This document shows, in pieces, positions 9,912-21,093 of a DNA stretch of 64,000 bases. A program made the translations under genes and the position numbers. The notes beneath the pieces are model-generated. The model was not told the DNA's origin. It did not search any database and saw nothing but the letters and a program-made list of their open reading frames with translations. Source of the DNA: Moniliella sp. 'wahieum' (Eukaryota); assembly GCA_003971905.1 (NCBI GenBank), contig RSEE01000090.1, forward strand, positions 1-64,000, in the 5' to 3' direction. Within the stretch, counting starts at the first letter, position 1, and every line of letters begins with the position of its first letter.

Positions 9912-12900
9912 GAACTCGGGGGCGAAATGCGAATCATCCGGGCATTATATGACAGTGGGGCATTCCCATCCATTTGGAAAGACAAATCCGTCTTCACATC
10001 CATGACCCCTTGCGACGACGAGATAGAGGTTGCTAACGGGACACATGTAAAGGCGGAAGGACGAGGCACGGCCACAATCCGTATCCGATGCTTAGGAGGA
10101 CACCAAATGGAGATAAAACTCCCCAACAGCCTATACATGCCCCGTTTCAGCCGAAATCTCGTCAGTGTAGCACACCTGTCGAACACCGGAATCGCATCAT
10201 ACTTCGCCCCACACCAGAAGGGTATCTGGCTTGGTAACCCAGGATCCACCCTACGAAAAGTAACCGGCAGTGACTATCAATTCACGATCTTACACAACCC
10301 GCGAACGCCACCCACCCCTGCGGGCCATGGCGACCAAACCGATCAAACCGGCCGACCCCCCCAACCCCAAACTCCCTCGCAGCATCCCTGGCCCTGGACC
10401 ACGTCTCTAAAGCCCCAAACGCTGGAACCACGCATCGACCTCCTCCCCTGGCTTACACGATCGGAAACCGCAGGCCTCCGCGTCACAGCCAAGCATATCT
10501 CCCTCTGTCGTTCAGAGTGGGATTGCCCAACATGCGCGGTGGCACTAGCGACAGCATCGCCCCATCCGAGCCGGGACCGCCTCCGATCCAAAAGACCTTT
10601 CGAGGTCCTCCACGTCGACGTAGTAGACCTCCCCCGGGTAACCGGCATGGGGCACGGATACGCCCTCGTCGCCGTTGATGACTTCACGCGGTACGTCTTC
10701 ACCACAGCGATCCCGACAAAGGGCGCTGCAACAAGAAGGAACTGCGGACCTCATATTGCGGGAGCAACGCTACGGCCCGGACAGACTGCTGCGGACTTTG
10801 CGCACGGACAACGCCCCCGAATTGACAAGCGCACTGCAACCTTTTCGGACGAGCAAGGCATCAATCATCAGAACGGACAATCCCGGGGCAGAGTGCAGCA
10901 ACGGTGTGGCTGAGCGTGCCATCCGAACCATAACGACTCGTGCAAGGCAGTTGCTCTTGGGTACAGGTCTTCCGACGTCGGACTGGTGGGAACACAGCCT
11001 CCACGCTGCGTGCTTCACCCAAAACCAAATGCCACTCAAAACATCCGGGGAAGACAACAAATCGCGATTTGAGCGATACAAAGGCCACGCATACTCGTTA
11101 CCGATGCAACCCTTTGGCCGCGTTGCATACCTCCATCTGCCCGAGTCACGCCGCGAGCACAAGCTCAGCGCGCGGGCAGAGGAAGGTATGCTGGTAGGAT
11201 ACCACCATCAGCGCGGATCAAAGGGATGGCTCTTCGCCACATACCAACCATCCCTGGGTACCTTCACCTACCGCTGGTCGAAACCGTACAAATGGGGCAA
11301 CGCCATCTACCCCCATCTCCACCCCGACCACTTCCCACCCGACATCTCCAAATCACCTCAAATTAAAATCGACAGTGAAAAAGACGCTAACCCTACTCCG
11401 CCAGCCGCGGCAGCACCCATGCCCCGAACCGCCGCCACACCCCAGACACCCGCTCCCACCACCACCCCCCCTCCGCGCCGCTACCCCCTCCGCCAGCGCA
11501 CCACCCGCACCTCCCTCGACCTGCACACACTCCCAATCGCTGACGACCCCACCGACACGACCTACCATGCTCGTGCTGCAGCCGCCACGCCCCACTGCGC
11601 CGCACCAGAGATCGGCATCGCCCGCCCCCTACCTGACACATCCGCCCCCCCGTTTGCCGACACAGTTCAACCTCCCGAATACGCCGCCATGACTGCTCTC
11701 AGCGCACCCATCCACCCGGACACGGTTCAGCTCACCAAGGATGGCGTACCCCTCGCTCCCAAGACGCTCAAGGGTCTCGAGACTCACCCCTCCTTTGCCA
11801 TGGTCAAGCAGGCTATGGCCGACGAGGTGGCCACACTCGCGCGATACGGCACCTACGAGGCTACGTACCCACCACCGGGTGCACAAATCCTCATAGGACT
11901 ATGGCGCATCACCACAAAGACGGACGCCGAGGGCCGGTTCCTGCGCCACCGCGCGCGCTTTGTCGCGGGCGGACACCAACAATCGGCCGAGACTTGGGGC
12001 CAGACGTTCGCACCATCGGTGCGCACACCTGCCATCCTGACCCTCGTCGTGCTGGCCGAGAAGTATAAGTTTGGCCTCTTCTCGGCGGACGTCAATGCAG
12101 CGTACCTGAACGCCCCCCTCGAAGAAGCAGTCTACATCCGCCCACCCCCCTACTTCCCCGAAGCGGGTGGTCGCGTGTGGCGTCTCAAGAAGAGTCTATA
12201 CGGGCTACATCAGAGCGGAGCAAACTGGGCACGATACATCCGGAACCTGCTGCGTGACAAGCTCGGCTTCACGCAAAGCTTGACCGAGCCCTGCTTGTTC
12301 GTGCGCGCTGCACCACCGGGTGAGCAGATCCTCCTGGCGGTCCACACCGACGATCTGCTCCTCGCATGCAAGTCACACCAAAAGTACGAGGAGTTTATGG
12401 CCGAGATAAACACACACATTGATGTTCGTGGTAACGGTCCCCTTCACTACCACCTGGGATGCCAATACGATCGGATCGGTGGGGAGCTGTACCTGAGCCA
12501 ACCAAAGTTCATCGAGGAAGTGGTGGCAAAGCACCACATCAAAGCCCCGTGGATCCGGACTCTCCCACATCCCGTACGGATGATACCGCCCCGTGCCGAC
12601 CCTGAACCCCCATCCCTCCCAGCCTTGCGCAAGGCATATCAGGGGAAGATCGGATCGGGACTGTGGGCTGCACGAATGGGCCGGCCTGACTCCCTCTTCG
12701 CTATCACGGCCCTCAGCAGAGCCGCTGCCGACCCATCGCAGCAGCATCATCAAGCAGTCGATGACTTCCTTCGCTACCTGTACCATACTCGAGGAAAGGG
12801 CCTGAGGTTGACCCCAACATCAGATGCACCGGCCATTGCGCTGTATACAGATTCCGACTTGGCGGGAGATCCCATCCAGGCACGCTCCACATCTGGATGC

Positions 12901-13347
12901 CTACTGATGGTGTACGGTGTGCCGGTGTCGTGGCGATCCATTCTTCAGCCGAAGAGCGTTACCAGTACCGCCGCCGCCGAATATACGGCAGGATATGATG
13001 GACTGGTTGACGCCAACTATGTCAAGAACATCATGATCGAGCTTGGGGCCATCGGCGAGGGTACACCCATTCATTGGTATTGCGACAATAAGTCTGTCGT
13101 CGATCTCGCCCACAAATTTGGCAGCACCGGCAAGCTCCGAGAGCTGAAGATCCGGTACCACAATGTACGGCAACACGTGGACTCGGGCGAGGCCATACTT
13201 GTACACATCCCCGGCGAAAGGAACCCAGCGGACGTCCTCACCAAGCCTCTCGGCCGTCCCGCCCTGACAAGCCATCTTGCTCAACTCCGCGTCGAGGAGA
13301 TGGATCCAGTCCACATGACTGGGCCCTCCGGTCAGCGGGGGTGTTGA
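9912..13347 (+). CDS. pol: Copia Pol (protease, integrase, RT, RNase H); apparent frameshifts at about 10250-10500 and 10740
   Basis: Protease YDSGA. Integrase CPTC, HVDVVD, VDDFTRY, RTDNAPE, NGVAERAIRT. RT ADVNAAYLNA, LKKSLYGLHQSG, HTDD. RNase H YTDSDLAG, CDNKS, NPADVLTK. The stop TGA falls at the start of the 3' LTR. Confidence 0.97.
13334..13341 (+). other. Polypurine tract
   Basis: AGCGGGGG immediately before the 3' LTR TG. Confidence 0.8.
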
Positions 13348-13500
13348 CATCCGTCCTAGGACCGCGCGGACCCTGAGTCACGTGAGTCAGCTTTCATTCC
13401 TTCCGAGCTCGCACCAGTCTTCTGGACGAGTCAGTCGCAGAAGCTTCTTAGTCCAATACGACGTTCAGTGCTCACATTCTGTGGTAGTAGCGAGGCGACA
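13342..13500 (+). repeat. 3' LTR (159 bp)
   Basis: Near-identical copy of 8455-8614, followed by TSD ACATC. Confidence 0.97.
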
Positions 13501-13508
13501 ACATCAGG

Positions 13509-13687
13509 GTATGTACGTACTCGGCATTCAATCCATCGCCATCTCCGATTCCTCTTCTGTCGGGTCTCGGTCCAGGCCTGGCCGGCGCACGCGCTCATCG
13601 CCCATGCATCGCCCATACATTGCCCATGCATCGTGCGTCGCCCATCGACGATGGGTGTTTCTTTTCTCGGCTAATGCTCTGCTATAG
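13509..13687 (+). other. Putative spliceosomal intron just downstream of the 3' LTR
   Basis: Donor G|GTATGT at 13509, pyrimidine tract, branch GCTAAT at about 13670, acceptor TAG ending at 13687. Confidence 0.6.
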
Positions 13688-13856
13688 CTCTGATGATCCC
13701 CCTCCTCCTACTTTTCTTTTTTTTCATCATCATCCCCTGCTCCTCCACCTTCTCTAGCCACCACTCCGTTTCCATTCTTCCTGCTCCCCCTCAACGCGTC
13801 CCCATTCCACACCCTGTTGGCTGCCGTTCGGGGCTTCCACTCTGCAGGCGTCAGCG

Positions 13857-13932
13857 TCAACATCAACATCAACATCAACATCAACATCAACATCAACATC
13901 AACATCAACATCAACATCAACATCAACATCAC
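13857..13932 (+). repeat. (TCAACA)n hexamer microsatellite
   Basis: About 12 perfect copies. Confidence 0.95.
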
Positions 13933-15641
13933 ACTACATCAACATCAATTCATATCGGCACGTGCTACGGGGGGTGACACAGTGACGTGTCCCGTGGTAC
14001 GCGCCGTCTCAAAACATCACCCAACGTCTGTCTTTCAGGTGCGTGTGACATTCCAGCAGTAGAGCTGCTTTTGCATCCTTCCCCCATTCCATTCCATTCC
14101 ATCCCATCCCATCCCCTTCGTCCCCTACCCAGGCCCATCCCACCCGCTGCCGTCCGCGGCCGCTTTCGCCTCTTCCCTGCGCCAATTCCTTATTGCCAGC
14201 TGCAATGCCCAAAGCTTGTTCGGCCCGTGCGCTGGGTCTCTGTGGTTCCCGCCCGTGCCTCGCTCTTCCGCGTCCACTTCTGCGTATCGGTGCGTAGCGC
14301 GTATCCCACAACGCACACAGCACAAAGCACACCGAACACAAGTGACAAGCCATCGAGTCACTAGTCACTAGACATCGATCATCTAGCCGCTAGTCATTTG
14401 GTCCAGTCGCTTGACGACCTTGTCCTGCGCCATGCACAACAACCATTCCGCAGAGCCCTCATCGTATGTGAATGTGACCGGTGATGTCTGGATCAATGAT
14501 CGATGATCGAGGTGGAGGGGCGGGTTGAATTTTACGCTCGCAGTTCCCAACGTCCAACCAGCTCCGATCGCTTCCCATTCACTCTCCAAGCTTCACGCCC
14601 CTCCCACTCCTCCAAGCCTTCAAGCTTTATCGATCATCTACCATTACCATCACCTTGGCATGCACCTGGGATGAATGCATCCCGCTTGGGCTGGGTTAGG
14701 TTGCCTTCTTTTGGCCCCTCATCGTCCTGTCGCGTGCCCCCATCCGTCCCCGTCATGGTCACGGTCACGCCGTCACAGGCATGGTCACGATCACAGCCAC
14801 GGTCACGCGGGCACGAGAGCCCATCGTTCCTGGACGAACGGCCTGCTGGCAATGAACGCCGAATGTTGAAGAGCCTGAGGCCTGAAGGTTGAACCGTTTG
14901 AAGCTGGACATGATGCATGACCCACGGTATGCGTGGTGCATGGTGCATGGCATACATGGCAACGCGGACAAGCATTTCAATCCCCCGTCGATCGCATCGT
15001 TCGAAGGTGTCACAGACGTGCTCCGCGTGATATGAGCCAGGTCCCATGTGACAGGCGGTGAGCATCTGGCTTTTGTGCTTCTATTTGTCGTCCCGTGGTC
15101 CCGAAAACGGTGACCTGCGCTGGTGAAGTTGGCGTCGCGCAGCCAAGGCGTTCGGATGCAAACATACTCCTTCACGGACGGAGGTGTGCTGTGGAGAGCG
15201 TCGATCAGCCCCCAGGCCTCAGGGCCTCAACTGAGCTGAGTGCCAGGCTGGCTGGACGATGCAAGGGTGGGAGGCGTCAGGCACGTGGGGCCTTCAGGCC
15301 TCAGGGTAGAGGACTCCGGTCGGTCACACCATTATGGCCGTTGCAAACACCTAATTGCTTGTGATGACTTGACGTGGAGCGTGAATACGAATGTTGGATG
15401 CTGACATACTCTCTTGTTTTGTTTGCTGCTCTTTGCCCGTCTATCGGCTATATCACTGGCCGTCTACCGTGACATGCCATTCATGCTCTCTTGGATATCG
15501 TCTGAACTATGCGGACCCTGTCTGCGCTTCTTCTGATCTGGTCCTGCTGACCTGCTTGATGGACGACTGTTTTGTCACATTTTCGCCTTCGCAGCTGCTA
15601 GGATCTTTCAGTCCAGAACTGCTTCCACCACCCCACCCTGC

Positions 15642-17739
15642 ATGTCTCGTCCCGATCTTGGTGCCAGGGAACGCGTCGAACGGGATGTTAAATTCCCTCT
15701 CGCACTTCCTCTCCCGCCCAACCCAGGCCCCGTTCCTGCATCGGGTCCAAGCCCCTACCCTGAACCGAGCAGCAACGATGAATTTCAGGGCTTTACCGAC
15801 TCCTTTGGTAGGACCCTGCCGCGGCGGAGTTGGGAGCGATCTTCCCTAGTCCCCCCTGGCCCGACCCATCCGTACCCGGTTACCAACCGTGCGTACTTCC
15901 CTAGTGGGTCATACCAAATTCGATCCGCTGCAGAAGCACCAGAAGCCATGCCTGCGCCAGCCATACCACCCATGGTGCATCCCGACGAGCACAACATGAA
16001 GCCACGCGTTTTGGGACGCCCTACACCTTTCCCTTTGCCCCCAATGGCGAACCTTCCACATTCAACCACCCACATTAACTCTTGGCCAGCAGAGACACAA
16101 AGCTACGCACTCCCTGCAGACCCACCAACTTCCCGCCCGCTCATGTCCTCCCTTCCTACACTCGAACTTCATCCGGCACACCCTGTACCAAGTGTGCCGG
16201 CCCATCCAGCCGCCATGTTGAGTGTGCAGGATGAGCGGGCGCTGGCTCCGTTCCTAAAGGCAAGATCCAAGCGCCGGCGCCACACAGACCCGGCGAAACT
16301 GCCCTTGCACCACTTGAGTTATACTCCTCCCCCTCCTTCGCTCTCACCGGCCAACGCTGCGCTCGTCGTACCGGACTCGTCCACCAGTCGACGCAACACC
16401 ACAACCCGCAGCCGCAGCCGCCCTGCCCCTATCATGGTTGATGGAAAAAAGAGGTATCCATGTGGTGTGTGTAGCGAGACGTTCAGCACAAGTGGACATG
16501 CCGCTCGTCACAGCCGCATCCACCGTGGTACGTGTGGGAACCAGGGCCTGAGTCTATTTTTGCTTTGCTTTTTGCTTGTTTCTGACCGTGCCTGTATCTG
16601 TACAGATGCGCGACCGTACCTGTGCACCTTTCCTAAATGTGGTGCCCGTTTTTCGCGTCAAGACAATAGTCTGCAGCACTACAAGACGCATGTTGCACCC
16701 CGCAGCGCGGGACAAGGATCTCGGGTTCCTCTTCAAGTCGGCGGCCGAGATTGCGAGAGAGGATGAGCTGGTGGCAGTGGGGAAAAAGGCCTTGTTGGAT
16801 GGCACGGCGATTGCGGTGATGCAAGAGGTGTTTGCCCCCGATGGCACGCGGACGGGTGAGAGGTTGGTCCGTTCGGTCGGAGCCGACTTGGCAACGCGTC
16901 TGCCCCGCCCTAGGCATGAGCCGCGTCGCAGTTCCTCCGCATATTTCCTTGCACAGCCTGCTTCTGCCTTTGCCTCTGCCTCCATTTCTGCCTCGGCCCC
17001 TCCTGCTGCCTCGGCGTCTGCCTCGGCTTCTACGGCTGCCTCTACCTCTGCCTCTGTCTCTGCCTCTGCTTCTGCCTCTGCCTCTGCCTCTGCCTCTGCG
17101 CCGGCGTCGGCGTCGGCCTCCCCCTCTTCCATCTCTGCACCATCGTACCCTGTTGCCTCCCACCACCGGCATATGTTCGACCTCAATACCACGCAAGGCC
17201 CGGCCGAGCAGCGGGTACACTCAGGTGGGCCCGTGTACTCTCTCTCGGCAGACGTCGCCGGACACGGACACCACATTGGAGCTGGCAACAAACCCACCCG
17301 ATTGGTTACCGGTCTCGTTTCTGCTCCTTTCCAGTCCTCTTCCTCTTCTTCCGGGGGAAAATACCTGCCTGAGGGCTGGGATGGCAGTGCGACGAAGTAC
17401 GATTCGTACGCCGTGTCTGGCACTGGCGCTTGGCGCCCCTCGCCTTCCTCTCCGCCTCAAGTATCTTCTTCTGTTCAGCCTCCTGCGCGGGCCCAGCAGT
17501 GGCACAACTATTACTCCCCCGCCATGGCTCCTCCGAGCACACAGGGCACTTTTAGCCAAGCGCCATCGTCCTCTGTCCCTTACCTTCCTGCCAGTCAGGC
17601 TAATCAGGCCAATCAAGCAACTCAAGTCAACCAGGTCAACCAGGCGAATCAGGCCAATCAGGCGAATCAGGCCAATCAGGGGCATGGCGCCGGAACGATT
17701 ATGGATACTGAGCATGATTCGGCCCTGAACATTGGTTAG
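15642..17739 (+). CDS. NRG1: Nrg1-like C2H2 zinc-finger transcription factor; intron 16528-16605; apparent frameshift near 16692
   Basis: YPCGVCSETFSTSGHAARHSRIH R|DARP YLCTFPKCGARFSRQDNSLQHYKTH matches the Nrg1-type finger pair (F.TSGH.ARH.RIH; FSR.DN..QHY.TH). The tail is Ala/Ser- and QAN-repeat rich. An upstream exon is possible (acceptor at 15594). Confidence 0.85.
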
Positions 17740-18708
17740 GATCAACGATCAACGTTCTGATCTCAGCGTTCTGCAAGGAACTGCTTACGAGTGTATCCTA
17801 TCCATCGTCCACCCTTCTTTCCCCCGGATACACTCCAGTTGTTGTCCCGGCCCGGCCTCCTTGGGTTGGCTTTTCCTCCCCCACCTCCCCCACTTCAAAG
17901 GCAAAGACGGTGGCCTTCCACACTGCCTTTTGCGCTTTCCTTTTCTTCTTCTTCTCTCAACACCTGTGCTTTGTTGTCATTGAGCCTCGCCGTTGATGCT
18001 CTCTGACGCATGGCCTCGCTTCCCCTCTCTTCACGGCCTCGCTGTCCCCCTGCCGTATTATTGCCTTTCTTCTTTTGCCTTATGGCCTCGCTCTCCTGCC
18101 TTCCTACTAATGGCCTCGCTCTCTTCCCTGGTGCGGTCGTATGGATTTGCTCTCCTTCGGCTGTTTCCTTATAGTTTCGTTCTCCCGTTTCCATCTATTC
18201 CAGTTCACCAACCTGGCGCCTACTATTCAACGTCAACCGGCCCTTTAGTAGCTGAACCATGAACTCCTATAACATTTTTAGAGAGAATCAACTAAGCAGG
18301 GACATATATGAGGCACACTGTTGGCGTACCGGGCTCTCGCTCATCGGGCGTTTAGTGGTATCCTGTCCGTCAGCTCGTTATACCAGTGTCCCCACCCGCG
18401 ATCACATCACAGACTTCCCCTCGCGTGCCCAAACGTCTGGCAGGAGCCTATGATGCATGGATGCCGCTATTCGTGTTCAATCGGAAAGCACAGTGTATGC
18501 GGCTGCGCCATTACTTATTGACTGCCCCACACCCACCCATTTTCAATTGCAAGTTGATCGCGACGCCCCACCGTTCCTCTGCCTGGCTGGAGTAATTAAT
18601 GATTGCGGGGCGCAGTGCAGTCGCAGTTACTCCTGTGCTCGTTGCTGCCATCAGCAGACCTCCGCTCAGCTGAGCGCAACGCCCAGCCACCATCCCGTCC
18701 TGGCCACC

Positions 18709-20200
18709 ATGCTCTCACCCGCCAGCACACGCCCTCGCCCTCCCTCCGCAGCAACACCTTCGCCAACACTCCCCGTGCCCTCTTCCGGAGGCTCCTCCGC
18801 CCGCTCCTACTCCCGTGCCCGCTCCCTCGCCCTCGACACAGTCAGCACAGCCGCACGGCAGGCGCAGGCGTCCCGCGTCACAGTCGACCCCCTTCCCTCC
18901 CCGTCTCCTCCATAGCGTCCATCAGCACCAAGCGCACTGTCGGCAAACCTATCCGCCCCCGCCGGCACCAGCTGCTGCCCTCCCGTGTCCCAACTAGCCA
19001 CTCGTCCCACCCTTTCGACCTCCCTCGGCGCTTGGGGGGGCGATTCAGCTTGGCCCCCATAACCCCCATGCGAGCAAGGGAGACCGACACCACAATCGGC
19101 TGGCTCGCGTCTTGGCAGGGGAGAGACGTGCTACTTAGTTTGGGCCAGCATGCTGCTCGGATCTTGGCTCTGCTTTTGTCTGTTTCGCCTTACCCCGCCT
19201 GCCACCACCACGCGTGTCGTCTCCGTTCCTGGGCCGAGTTTTGCTCTGATACGCGCTCCCTCTTTCGCGTTAGCAGCCTACTGGCTCTCGTCCGCTCGGT
19301 ACGTCCTGGTGTCTTTCTTCCTTGCAGTGGTTGGTTCGGATGGGCATCTGATCGATGCATGATACATGGTGCGTGGTGCGTGGTGCGTGGTGCGTGGTGC
19401 GTGGTGCGTGGTGCGTGGTGCGTGGTGCGTGGTGCGTGGTGCGCGGTGCAGATGATTCGATTGGAGTCCTGCTCAGGACCAGGTGGGGCACTCACCAGCT
19501 CGCTCGGTTCCAAGGATGGGTCCTACTGGTCCTGCTCCCTCTTGAGTTGGTAGCCCATTTTTCTAGGCATTCCCTCCTTACTCTCTCTCCCCAGCTCCGT
19601 CATGCCCTCTCCCAAGCGATCCGGCGTTCGTGGCTCCTCTATCTCGCCGTACGATTCGTTCACTTGCTTCGGGGGCGTGGGCGTCCACCAACACCACCCC
19701 GATCACCAACAACATACCCCGCCCCTTATTCATTTCGTGCCCCCAGATCTGCATCTGCCGCCACCAACATCGTTTCCACCGTTCCTCTTACCACGGGGCC
19801 AGGTCACTTTACTCTGTCTGGTATCCAACCCCTGACGAAACAGACATCCCACCGCGGAAGTGGAAACCAGGCCTCGCCTTCGCTCGATCCAATCAACCCA
19901 TCGATGGAACGGGGCCGGTTGCCGCTCACCGGCACCCCACGCAGGGACAAGCGCCAATCTTCCTTCCCATTGAGTCTGATCATGTGCTTTGGTCAGTTGG
20001 TCAGTGTCTGGGCTGGTCCGGGCCCTATCTCGCTCTCGTTCCCTGCAGGCTATGCGCAGTCCAGCTGGGGCTGGGAAACACTCCAGGCCGTGACCTCCTT
20101 TCTTCTGTTACGACAGGGATGCTTGAGCAACCGTGATCTCGCCGCGTACAGTTACTGTGGTGATTCACCTGTTCTCTCCATTCCTGCCTTGGCGCCTTGA
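18709..20200 (+). CDS. PEX11-family-like peroxisomal membrane protein; intron 19299-19451; frameshifted
   Basis: WLASWQGRDVLLSLGQHAARILA resembles the PEX11 GRDK.LR..QY..R motif, and RSLFRV resembles RK.FRL. LPLELVAHFSRHSLL...SWLLYLAV resembles the central PEX11 helices. Recognised by eye only. Confidence 0.5.
19367..19442 (+). repeat. (TGGTGCG)n heptamer tandem repeat inside an intron
   Basis: About 11 copies. Confidence 0.95.
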
Positions 20201-21021
20201 CGCCTTGACGCCTTGACGCCTTGACGCCTTGACGACGTGACGACGTGACGACACAACGACGCAATGACTCGCCTTCATATTTGGATGTCTCCTTCCACGA
20301 CCCACAGGTTCCAACCGCGATTGCGCATTCCTGACGAGGTCTCTCAATTCTGTGACTCGGTCTTTTCTAGCTAGCTGTCACATCTTTTTCCACCGGAAAC
20401 AAAGTAACAGTTTGCAACCGTGACGATCTCCCCCCCCCCTTCCCCTTGACGCCTACCCACGACCAGCAAGGCATAGGCATGCCTTTGGATCTTTGCCTGG
20501 CGGTCGACCGTGGTCTGGGATCCGTAGCGCCTGCTGCCCGACTTCTCAGCTTCATTCTGGCCTTACCCGGGGCATTACTTACGCATTACGCATTACGCAG
20601 CCGAGCGGTTAGTCACTGTAGTGCCGAGCAGGTCTACTCTCTGGTGCCTCCCTCAGAGAGGCAATTAGTCCCTTGTGCTCACGCATTGTTGGTCATTGTA
20701 CAGCCGAGCCAGCCTGCGCTGTGGTGCCTCTGCTGGCCATGCCCATGTATGCGCTCGCCTTGTCCAATTAAGCCTGTGCTTGCCATCAGCTTGTTCCCAT
20801 CGTCTTTAACCTTGCGCCGGCCATCTCCAATCACATGTGCCCACCGCCTTCAAGCCTGTTCGCCATCCCCAAGCCGATGCTCGCCATCATGGCTGTCCGC
20901 GCCATCTCTAAGCTTAGGTTCGCCATCTTCAAGCCCGGGCTCGCCATCAAGTCTGTGTGCTCCTCATCTTCAAACCTGCTGTGAGAAGGCACAGCCCGGG
21001 GGAAATAGTGAGGAAAAGAAG

Positions 21022-21093
21022 AGACTCGAATGGGATTCGAACCCATGTCATCGCCTATTGGCCAGGGATGCGTTACCACTACGCTATCGAGCC
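21022..21093 (-). tRNA. tRNA-like gene with aberrant anticodon arm (nominal anticodon CCA); possible pseudo-tRNA or SINE head
   Basis: Minus strand reads GGCTCGA TA GCGT AGTGGTA ACGC A TCCCT GGCCAAT AGGCG ATGAC ATGGG TTCGAAT CCCAT TCGAGTC T. Acceptor, D and T stems are fully paired and A/B boxes are present. The anticodon stem has a C-C mismatch and the loop has G32/G33. Confidence 0.65.

Larger units (their letters stand above)
8455..13500 (+). mobile_element. Full-length Ty1/Copia LTR retrotransposon, about 5.05 kb, with 5-bp TSD ACATC
   Basis: Two TG...CA LTRs at 8455-8614 and 13342-13500. ACATC lies at 8450-8454 and 13501-13505. Domain order gag-PR-IN-RT-RH is the Copia order. Confidence 0.98.

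Noticed and set aside
12343..12354. RT active site HTDD instead of YVDD
   Set aside because: Both catalytic aspartates are present, and first-position variants occur in fungal Copia RTs. Not evidence of inactivity or novelty on its own.
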